64,000 nt of DNA from the IMG/VR virus record IMGVR_UViG_3300034095_001474, positions 1-64,000 of that record; one strand, written 5' to 3'. Both the position numbers and the translations under genes were made by a program. The notes below the pieces were generated by a model. The model was not told the origin of the DNA. It saw nothing but the letters and a program-made list of their open reading frames with translations, and did not search any database. The stretch is from a virus. Its lineage: Duplodnaviria > Caudoviricetes. Of this stretch, positions 29,985 through 40,054 are shown one piece after another (the first letter of the stretch is position 1; each line of letters begins with the position of its first letter).

Positions 29985-30074
29985 TAGAAAGTATAGGACT
30001 CGAACCTATGACCTCAGTTTTCCCTCAGTGAATTAACACCTATACTGCACTCTAACCAACTGAGCTAACTAACT
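29985..30074 (-). ncRNA. tRNA-like RNA A (90 nt) with expanded anticodon loop
   Basis: D arm GCTC-AGTTGGTTA-GAGT; T arm ATAGG-TTCGAGT-CCTAT; acceptor 5/7 paired; 33-nt anticodon arm; promoter TACCTTTG at 30084-30091. Confidence 0.75.
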
Positions 30075-30193
30075 ATCTTATTACAAAGGTACAAAATTTA
30101 TTTCAAATTTCCAAATAAATCTTAAACTTTTTTTAATCTTTTCTTTTTATCACTCCCCACGCCCCCTCGGACCACCGATGTACACAATTGTGT

Positions 30194-31293
30194 TCATTTT
30201 ACAACCTTATCTATTTGCTCTGCTGTAATCTCACCAATTGCATTGAATGATAAATTATATACCTCTTGTGTCTTGGGATGGTTTCTATGTCTAAAATCGT
30301 GAATGACTCTATCACCTTGTCTTAAACTTCCCATATACTGCCACTGCTCACCATCACTATATGCAATTCTAGGGTATGTTAACCCTTCATTGATTGGGTG
30401 TTTATCTAAATAACCCCACATATTTTCCCATTCGGGTGTGTCTTGTTTTATTAATATTCTATCCATACTACAAATATAAGCAATTATAATTTAAAATGCA
30501 AGTATTTCTCAATAAAACTTTCAATATTTTTTCCTAACATTGCATCTATAAACTCATTGCTATCTTCATTGATACCACAAAATACTCCTTTGGCTACTTC
30601 GGGATAACTTGTATTAAAACAAACTATTCCCAAAGGTGTTAAATCAAAATTTGATAGTTTTGGATTAAGTTCGAATGTTGTTAATCTAGTTTCAATGTCA
30701 TCGGGCAAACAGTTGTAAGTATCAGCCAATAACCATTTAACCTCATCTACTTGATTTAAAAACATATCAGCACTTTGTTGTGCAATGATTGTATCTTTGT
30801 ATATAAATTGTATTATTTTCATCTTATTAGTTTTACGTTTATTTCTAAATCATCTCTACCTTTACCATATCTAGGTTCCACCTTTCCATTGGTTCTCCAA
30901 CAAATGGTCACATAACCCTCGTGTAACTCTGGTCGCCCACAAATTGGGTCTTGTACTCTACCAATAAATAGATTATCTCTTTTATTGTATCTAAAATCTT
31001 TGATTGGATAACCACCCAAAGTTTCAACCATTTTATCTAAATTTTCCATTTTAATAAGTTGCTATAAATAAACAAATTTCTTTAACAAAGATTAAATTAC
31101 ATTTTAATAAATCAAAAACAATACGTTCATCATTAATTGCTTCAATTAAATCGTTTTTATTCATTGACATATAAAAATAATTTACTTCTGCTTCATCTAT
31201 TTTATCACACACTTCTGCAAATGTATCGGTTGATGAAAAATTAGTTTCTAATAAACTATTAAAATCTGTTAGGGTACATTCTGTAAATTCCAT
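30194..31293 (-). CDS. four small hypothetical genes: 30194-30466, 30484-30822, 30819-31049, 31051-31293
   Basis: ORF track; tightly packed run. Confidence 0.65.
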
Positions 31294-31428
31294 AATTTCT
31301 AAGTATTTATTTGTTTCTGTAAAGATAAGTATTTTATTTCAATATTCCTAATTATTTACTATATTTTTTAACAAAAAAAAAAGAGGGACACAACTCCCTC
31401 TTTCCAATCAAACAAACAAACAAACAAA

Positions 31429-32067
31429 CTACTCTTTAATATCAAATATCAATTCTTCAAACCCTTTCGGTATGTCGCTTTTTTTACTTGCAACACTAAT
31501 TAGGTTTCTCGCCCACAATCCTATCAAATCACTTTCACCTCTAAAGTCGCCCCCACCTCGTCCGTTGCCCTCGCAAGTTAGCAATGGTAATGGGTGAATT
31601 TGCCAACCATCAGCATCTTTTGGTGTTTTTGATTTATCCACAAATTGTTTTTTATCGTGGTTAATCAAATACTTTGCATTCAATGGTGCAACCCCTTTGT
31701 AATCGTGTTCGTACTTATTCTTTGTGGTTTCATCGTGTGTTAATTTTCCGATAGTTTCGGATAAACTATATAAGTTCGCCCCTTTTTCAGCAATCACTTT
31801 GCTATTCCAATACTCGCTTTCTTCATCAGCCAATATCTTGATTTCAGTTTTTGAAAGTGTGCTTGGGTCTTCGTGGTCTGCGTAATCTCCACCCCATACA
31901 ACTTTTTGTGGTGCTACCATTAATTGTCTTTCTACAAAACGAACCATTGGATTTTTCATCCACGAATGTTCCATTAATTTTGCCCCACTTCCAAAGTCGT
32001 ATGAAGATACACTCGCTAATGGTTTGTTTTTTTCAGTTAAGAAAATTGCTTTGTAATACTGTCCCAT
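31429..32067 (-). CDS. phage-type hypothetical protein (212 aa)
   Basis: MGQYY...GAKLMEHS...NGRGGGD pattern; own promoter and terminator. Confidence 0.7.
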   Translation of the reverse strand: MGQYYKAIFLTEKNKPLASVSSYDFGSGAKLMEHSWMKNPMVRFVERQLMVAPQKVVWGGDYADHEDPSTLSKTEIKILADEESEYWNSKVIAEKGANLYSLSETIGKLTHDETTKNKYEHDYKGVAPLNAKYLINHDKKQFVDKSKTPKDADGWQIHPLPLLTCEGNGRGGGDFRGESDLIGLWARNLISVASKKSDIPKGFEELIFDIKE

Positions 32068-32130
32068 AATATATTGTTTTTATTTGTTTTAACAAAGATA
32101 AGTAATTTATTTCAATCTACCAAATTTATT

Positions 32131-35100
32131 TTAATCTTTTTTCAAAATAATTTCGTGTAGATAAACTTGTGCCTCACTTCCAAAATCATTGTATTGGATA
32201 AGGATTGGATACATACTAAAATCGTCATTATCAAATTCCTCATCAATGTCTTCAATAAAGTTGATAGTGTAATCGTTTCCTTTGATTGGGTCGGGGTCAT
32301 TCCAAACCAATTGCTTATTTTCTGCTACTGCTTGTTTTAATTCTGCTAAACTTTTCATAGTATTTGTTTTTGTTTTAACAAAGATAAGTAATTTATTTCA
32401 ATCCACCAAATTATTTACAATATTTTTTCAATAAATTTTGAGTGCATAAAAATATCACCAATAGTTACTACATCATTCGGTGTAACTTTACCTAAACGAT
32501 ATTCAAGTATTTCTTGTCTATGTGTTTTAGATATGTTTTCTTCGGTATCTGTTAATTCATATATAAAACGTCTACCTTTTGCAACATTCTCATTTGCAAC
32601 AAATTTTTGTAATCTATTGCTATACCATATATCAAACGTGTTATCGTTGATAGTGTTATCAGATAATTCAATGTCTTGTAATATTAATTCTAATGCCATA
32701 AGTTCTATTTTTTAGTGTGAAACAAAGATAAGGATAATATTTCAATTATCCAAATCTTTTTATAATTATTTTTAATAACCACCAGTGAATGTTATTAAGA
32801 TTCCACCATTTTTTTCTTCCGACTCAAATGTTATTCCCGTTATAATTAAGTCCATTAACATTTCAGTAAAAGTTTCTGTTGATACAAATAAAGTTCTCAT
32901 AATATATTGTTTTAGTTTGTTTCAACAAAGATAAGCATAATCTTTCGATTATGCAAATCTTTTTGTAATTATTTTTAGTGAACCAATTCAACAATTCTTT
33001 GTTGTGTGTATTTATGACTTTGTACCAATTCATCCAATGTCATAAATGTTTTACAACTTTCTCTATCTCTATGTAACCATTCGTTGGTATTATAAGTCAA
33101 ACCAACAATTTTAAATGCTCTAACTTCTTTACCACTTTCAAGTATTACTTTAACAATCTCACGTTTAAAATCAACATAGACTTTGTGGTATTTTTTACCA
33201 AAATAATCGTAGCGACTATCACTATCAGTATATTTTTTGTTTTTGCTAACAAAAAATAATTCGGTTTCATTACTATAATTGTTCTCTAGGGGTTTTTCTT
33301 TGTTTCGTTCCACCATTTTATCCAATGTATGGTGGTCTTCATTAGTATTAGGATATCTAAAACCTAACTCAACGTCAATAACTTTACCAAACTCTTTACC
33401 AAACTCTTTGATATCGTTCTTTATTTGACCAACAAAGACTTTCATCATTGTAAGGTTATGTTTCGCAATAGTTTCTTTAAACCTTTCTTCCTCTTTCAAA
33501 CACTCGTTGATAGTTTCAAAACCAAAACGTGTTGCACCATTGCTAGGTTTAGGGTTTATCTTTGTAAACTCTTTAATTAAACTATTAACTAAACCTTGTT
33601 GTAAACTTGTTAAATTTTCCATTTGTTTTTGTTTTTATTTGTTTATGTAAAGATAAGTATAATATTTCAATCTACCAAATTATTGCCAACCTTTTTTTGT
33701 AATAGTTGGTTTTCCGTTGATTAATGCCCATTTCTCAAACCATTCTCCCCATTCTCCACGTCTACTGCGTGTTACAAAAACTTCGTCTTCACCAATATGA
33801 TTATGCAATATATAATCTTTCAATGCTTTTTTTAATTCAGCATAATTTTTGAATGATTTTGTAATGTTAGGACTTGATACTCGGTATCTGTCCATTCTGT
33901 AATCGTGTAGACTTTCACTTGTCATATACGTTACTTGTGGTTTAAAATTGCTCATCTTATCTATGTATTAATTGGTTATAACAAAGATAATAAATATATT
34001 CCATACTACAAAATAATATGGGATATATTTTTAAAATTCTTTTATCCTTAAATATTGCTCATAAGCATCATCATAAGAATTTGCCCATATACGATAGCCA
34101 TCAATCGTAAATAATTGTTTAGTTTCCATATAAAATAGTTATAAATTGTTTACTATACTCTATTGCTTTTTCAAAAGACGTTACTTCTCTAATGTAACAA
34201 TCGTATTCTCCATATAAAAGACTTGCTTTGAATAAATCTGGAGTTGGTCTTTCCATTTCCAACATTCTAGTAAAACAAATTGGTTGCACAACTGCTCTAT
34301 CTCCATTGGGTAACATTACAAATAATCTCACAACTTTTTCAGTACCATAAGTACCAATACCCATTTCTTTCAATAAAAATCTTTGGGATAACGTTTTGAT
34401 AACTGCACTACGATTTCCCTCGTTAGTGTTTAAATCTACTACTTTAAATTCAATTGACATAATTTCTAAGTATTAATTGGTTATAACAAAGATAAGTATA
34501 ATGTTTTGATTGTGCAAGTTTTTACCAATATTTTTTTAATCCATTTGCAATATCAGTTACAGAAAATAAAATCAATATAATTAATATTCCTACGAATGAA
34601 AATGGTGGTATCAATAACACTCGATTCAACCATTTAGGAATATTATCCACTGAGTCTATTATTGTTTTATATATCGCTATATTCATCATTATTAGTGTTA
34701 TACTAATTAATATCACGCAAAAAATTATTAAAAAAGTTTCCATAATTTATAGTTTTAATTGGTTTATATTTCCTTTGTGTAAAGATAAGTATAATATCCC
34801 AATAAACCTAACATTTATTGGGATATTTTTAATTTATATTGGACTAACTTCATCTAATAAAATACATAAATTTTCTTTATGCGAAAGTAAATTTTGATAA
34901 TTTTCTTGGTAGTTCATTAACGTATCGTAATCAACATTTGCATTCTCTGAAACATAAGTAACAAAGTCGTGAAATAAATCACAAGTATCTATATCTCCAT
35001 TGTCAATAGCATTCATAATAATTAAGTCATCTTCTACTGACAATAAATCTTTTTTAAGTAAAGTTAAAATTTCTTTTTCCATAATTTCTAGTTTTTTTGT

Positions 35101-35361
35101 TGGTTTATAATTTCTTTGTGTAAAGATAAGTATAATGTTTTAAATATGCAAATTTTTTATTGGTAATTTGCATTCTTTTATAATATCTTTAATATCATCG
35201 ATATTAAAATCAGTAATAAGTAAATTACCTATTGACCATAAATTTCCCTTATCAGTCAATCCAAAACTCAATCCTTTAAAATCAATTCTCCAATATGGTG
35301 CGTCCTCATACCCATTATAGGTTTTCTCATTCCAACACTCTCTTTTTATTTGATAACTCAT
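32131..35361 (-). CDS. eight hypothetical genes: 32131-32358, 32415-32699, 32975-33622, 33680-33955, 34119-34460, 34522-34743, 34834-35082, 35140-35361
   Basis: each with its own host-type promoter and A-rich leader. Confidence 0.65.
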
Positions 35362-35423
35362 AATTTCTATTATTTATTTGTTTCTCCAAAGATAAGTATA
35401 ATATTTCAATCTACCAAATATTT

Positions 35424-35867
35424 TTATATTTTTATTACAATACTATTTTTATTATTATGTCCCGATACAAATTTTCTAGGTCTACCACTTTTATCGTATT
35501 TATTAAATTCAGTAAAACAACCACAAGCACATTTAATTATATCATTTTTTTCACCATAGTTTCTTCTATGGTCTTGCCCTCTATCAACCGTTCTGTTTAA
35601 ACTCATTAATTCGTGTTTACTATTTAATATAAGTAAATTATCTAAATCACAATTTAATGTGTCTTTATCTTTAAAAGTAACGATTTCGTTTGGTAATAGT
35701 TTTCTACCTAATTTAATTTCAGCATTTACTCTATGTAAATAACCATATGTATTCATAACACATAAATGATGACCTTTACCAACAATAGTTAATTGATAAA
35801 CTTTTTTTCCAGCTTTATGTATTGGATTACCACCTTTCCACATAAAATTATCATTTCCAAATTTCAT
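35424..35867 (-). CDS. HNH endonuclease-like protein (possibly degenerate)
   Basis: YLHRV...EIVTFKDKDTLNCDLDNL resembles an HNH with the catalytic His replaced; C-terminal CACGC...RKFVSGHN; start moved to MKFGND. Confidence 0.5.
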   Translation of the reverse strand: MKFGNDNFMWKGGNPIHKAGKKVYQLTIVGKGHHLCVMNTYGYLHRVNAEIKLGRKLLPNEIVTFKDKDTLNCDLDNLLILNSKHELMSLNRTVDRGQDHRRNYGEKNDIIKCACGCFTEFNKYDKSGRPRKFVSGHNNKNSIVIKI

Positions 35868-35920
35868 AGTTTTTTTTATTTGTTTCTCCAAAGATAAGTA
35901 TAATATTTCAATCTACCAAA

Positions 35921-36406
35921 TTATACTGCAAATATTTTTACATTATTATATTTGTATATTGGTGTACCTTGTGTTTCTAATATATCAATCTTGTTCTTAA
36001 ATCGTTTGTTCATAGTATCTGCAATAGTATATATACCACTTTTCTTTCCAGCTCCAACTATTCTAACTTTTTGTCCATATACCAATTTACCACCATTAAT
36101 TTTTAGTAAATCTCTTGATACTGCAATCCATTTATGCTCACTCGCTTTTTGTGGGTCTATCTTATACATACAAGCCGTAACAAAAGGGTCTGCATCACAT
36201 TGTCCCTCTACTGCATTGTACATAGTCGCCACAACTCTATATACTTCTTTTTTAACGAGTTTTATTCTATTAGCAATAGTCTTTATTGTTTTAGGTTGTT
36301 CAGCTTCATTAGACACGCTAAAATCGTGTGTTAATAAAAACTTGAAAAAACACATAGTTAAAAACACTACCATAAAATTTTTGAATTCTTTAATTTCCAT
36401 AATCAT
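35921..36406 (-). CDS. 3D (Asp-Asp-Asp) domain protein, RlpA/MltA-like
   Basis: ATMYNA...IAVSRDL...YTIADTMN...KIDIL; N-terminal hydrophobic anchor. Confidence 0.75.
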   Translation of the reverse strand: MIMEIKEFKNFMVVFLTMCFFKFLLTHDFSVSNEAEQPKTIKTIANRIKLVKKEVYRVVATMYNAVEGQCDADPFVTACMYKIDPQKASEHKWIAVSRDLLKINGGKLVYGQKVRIVGAGKKSGIYTIADTMNKRFKNKIDILETQGTPIYKYNNVKIFAV

Positions 36407-36532
36407 TTCGTTTTAATGTTCTACAAAGTTAATAACAATTTTCCAATATTCCTAATTTATTTTGTTGAAAAATAAAATAAAAATAAATGCTATTTTATTT
36501 GGTAGATTGAAATAAGTTTCTTATCTTTGTTA

Positions 36533-36600
36533 TGTCAATGAGAAATCAAGACGGGTTCACTTCAACAAAGTGCATAGGGTAGACTCCAACACATCTATAC
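36533..36600 (+). ncRNA. repeated structured small RNA, copy 6 (variant subtype)
   Basis: CGGGTT-CACTT/CAACA/AAGTG-CATAGGGTAGACTCC. Confidence 0.65.
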
Positions 36601-36708
36601 TTTTAAAAACCGCTGCAAATAAAAAAAGAGGGACACAACTCCCTCTTTCCAATCAAACAAACAAACAAACGAACAATTTGTATTTTAAATGTTTTATAAT
36701 ATTTTATT

Positions 36709-38439
36709 TTAAACTTCTTGTTCTCTTATCTTATCCAAAGTTTCGTGGGATAATCCCACAAACAATGTTATTGATTCTTCTCCGTCTTCCCATAACTCTA
36801 GCATATCAAAACGGATATCAGTTTCTTCGTCATCGGGGTTTGCTACGTTTCCTAATAAAGTAATCTCTGCATCTTGGTTTTTGATTGCTTCTAACTGCTT
36901 GATTAAATCTTTTACTTTCATATCTTTTAGTATTTGTTTTAACAAAGGTAAGTAATTTATTTCAATCTACCAAATTTTTTCACTAGTATTTTTATATTTT
37001 TTTACAACGTTTTGATACTTGTCCATCAAGTCGTCATATAATCCATCGTTGATATCTTTCAACTTGTTCAAATATTTTCCAACATTTGCTTCGTGAGGTG
37101 TTTTGGTTTTTAATTTTATCGCTCTAATTCCACACTCAATGAATTTAACGTATGTTTGTTCTATAGTCATCTTTTCGAATTTAGGTTATTGAGCACATAG
37201 GCTCCACGCTTCTAGTTTGTTGATATTTCTTCCATTCAAATTTAATTCTTTGCAAATAAACTTCGCTAACTTTCTGTTGCCAATAGTTCCTTGGTCAATT
37301 ACGTTTGTACCAATTTGTTCTACAATATGGTACGTGTCCATTCCCAACACTCTACTGCAAAACTTTACATCTTGTCCTAGATAAAACTCTTTAGTAGTTT
37401 TTGGTGTTGATACTACTAGTGTCCAATTATGGTCAAATCCGTAGTTGCTGCTAATTTTAATTTCTGCTTGCATATCGTTCTGTTTTAGTTTGTTTAACAA
37501 AGGTAAGTAAAATAATCCAATCTACCAAATATAAACTGGATTATTTTTATTTTTTTTTAAATTAATCCATTAACATTGTCAAAGATTGTATTACCTTTGT
37601 CGTTGATAACTTCAATAGTTGCATTGTGGTCATTTTCTTCAATACTCATTTGTTGATTAACATCAGTAAGAATACCCTCGTGAAAACAATCATCTCCAAA
37701 CATTTCAATCAAGTCATCAGCATTGGTGATTTCTTCGTTTTGAATCGCTTTGATTACTTCTTGTTCCAATTCTTGTGGTATAGTAATTCGTTCCCACGCT
37801 GTAATTTTAAAATCTATTTGCATAATTTCTAGTATTTATTTGTTTATGTAAAGATAAGTAAAATAATTCAATCTACCAAATATAAATTGAATTATTTTTA
37901 ATTTATTTATAGGTGTGTCATTTCGCCACAACCCAAACATTCCATATAAGGTTTACCACCTTGTGAAACTGCTACTTGTTCATCTGCCAGCAACATCCAA
38001 TGATTACCACCACACTCACCACATTTTGCGTCTTGACTTCCCATACGTTCTGTCATTGTCAATTGGTTCGCACCTTTAAAGTGTGGGTACACGTGGTCTA
38101 ACACATTTCCTTTCACCTCAACTAATACTGCTTGAAAAAATTTTGGTTTGCTCATAAGTTCTATGTTTTATTTGTTATAACAAAGATAAGTAAAATATTT
38201 CAATTATAAAAATATTTTGTGGTATTTTTTGTTAAAATTTTACACAATTCTTCATAGTCATTATTTCGCTCTTCTTCCGTAGCATAAGAGTAACTTGTAT
38301 CTTCCACATCAATAAGATAAGGAAAATCTAAATTAAAATCCTCTTCTTTTGATATAGCCATTTTAGTTATATCATTCTCAATTGATTCTTGATTCCATTT
38401 GATTTTATCAAGGTCAAAGTTTAAATCTCCGTTTGTCAT
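36709..38439 (-). CDS. six small hypothetical genes: 36709-36921, 36967-37170, 37186-37473, 37557-37823, 37907-38155 (two CxxC), 38200-38439
   Basis: ORF track; most have their own promoter. Confidence 0.65.
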
Positions 38440-38518
38440 AAGTTCTATGTTTTATTTGTTATATCAAAGATAGTAAATAATAATGACACTACCAAATGAT
38501 AGTGTCATTATTTTTAAA

Positions 38519-39361
38519 TTATTTTTCTACTTTCTCTAATTCTTTTTGTATTACAACAACCATTTCATAATTCTCATCAGCCATTGCTTTTTCTTTGAAT
38601 CTCTCCAATACAAGTTTGTGCCAATCGCAATCCTCAAATGGTTCAACTTTATTGTCATACGCAATATCAATCATATTGATAACAAACTCATTTATTTCAT
38701 CATCGTACAAATCATTGAATACATCATCAAAATCATACTCATCAGCACCACCATAATGAATTTCCATTGCCAACTCCAATGCTTCTCGACTACCACCTTC
38801 GGGTATATTTTCTTCAATTTCTTCACCATTTATCAAAGTGAATGTACCTACATTGTGTCCAAAGTCTTCATCAGCAAATTGTATTTCAAATTTTGCTTCG
38901 GGATATTTTTCAGATAGTTTTGTGAATAGATTGAATGGTGTACTCCACGCAGTATTAAAACTTACATACTCACTATCATCACTCCAATACACTTCACTTG
39001 CATTCCATTTTGTACCCCAATTTTCATTCTGCCACCCATACCAATCGCTATGTCCAAATCTTTGTCTATATTCATCAGCCAACTCTTGCGTTAACCCTCT
39101 TGTTACCCCAAACTTTTTTTCACCCTCTGTCAATTCATCTTTAGCAATTCTTTCTTCTTGCTTGTCAAATTCTTCTTGACTAATAATTCTTGTAGGACTT
39201 GTTGTTCCTTGTAACTCTGTTGGTATAGGTGCAATTTGATTAAAATCAAAATCTCTATCTTCACCATTGCTATATGGTGTACCTTTCACTTCTTCTCTAA
39301 TTTTTGCTAACAATGTTTCATCAGCGAAAATACTTACTTTGTTTGCTACCCAGTTTGGCAT
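38519..39361 (-). CDS. DUF1281/YubB ferredoxin-like domain protein
   Basis: MPNWVAN...WYGWQNENWGTKWNA...FNTAWSTP. Confidence 0.75.
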   Translation of the reverse strand: MPNWVANKVSIFADETLLAKIREEVKGTPYSNGEDRDFDFNQIAPIPTELQGTTSPTRIISQEEFDKQEERIAKDELTEGEKKFGVTRGLTQELADEYRQRFGHSDWYGWQNENWGTKWNASEVYWSDDSEYVSFNTAWSTPFNLFTKLSEKYPEAKFEIQFADEDFGHNVGTFTLINGEEIEENIPEGGSREALELAMEIHYGGADEYDFDDVFNDLYDDEINEFVINMIDIAYDNKVEPFEDCDWHKLVLERFKEKAMADENYEMVVVIQKELEKVEK

Positions 39362-39435
39362 AATTTCTAAGTTTTAGTTTGTTTAACAAAGATAAGCATA
39401 ATCTTTTGATTATGCAAATCTTTTTGTAATTATTT

Positions 39436-39813
39436 TTAGTTTATTTTATATAAACCAAAATCAACACTCGCAATAGTAGTTATAAACTTATTATCAACTA
39501 TCTCACCATTCAACAACCAATTAGGTTGTACCCTTGGATTGTATTTAAATCTGTCGCAAATCTTGTCAAATTGTGTAAACGTATGGTTAATAATCGTTAT
39601 GTCTTCACATAGCACCCACGCACATATAACTTTCTCACCACCATTGAATATCTTTTTAGCAACTCCTTTGTGGTTTTTCAACTGACAACTTTTCATTATC
39701 AATTGTACATCACTTGGTCTATGATATTCAACGTGTCCGTTGGGATATACGATTTTCCATTTCATAAAGTTATTACCTCTTCCTAAATTGAACCTCACTT
39801 TTATCTTTCTCAT
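39436..39813 (-). CDS. hypothetical protein
   Basis: start MRKIKVRFNLGRG; own promoter. Confidence 0.65.
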   Translation of the reverse strand: MRKIKVRFNLGRGNNFMKWKIVYPNGHVEYHRPSDVQLIMKSCQLKNHKGVAKKIFNGGEKVICAWVLCEDITIINHTFTQFDKICDRFKYNPRVQPNWLLNGEIVDNKFITTIASVDFGLYKIN

Positions 39814-39946
39814 AATATCTATGTTTGTTTGTCTATACAAAGATAAGCATAATATTCCGTTCTACCAAATAAAATAGCAAAATAAATAAAAAAAAAATAA
39901 TTGCAAATAAATTAGGAATATCGAAATAAGTTTCTTATCTTTGTTA

Positions 39947-40013
39947 TGTAGATGATTGATATCGATACGGGTTCACCGCAAGGTGCATAGGCTAGACTCC
40001 AACACGTCTATAC
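39947..40013 (+). ncRNA. repeated structured small RNA, copy 7 (variant subtype)
   Basis: CGGGTT-CACC/GCAA/GGTG-CATAGGCTAGACTCC; outer TGTAGATG/CGTCTATA. Confidence 0.7.
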
Positions 40014-40054
40014 TTTTTTATATAAAACAAAAAAAAGGGTTTCCCCTTTTCTCC

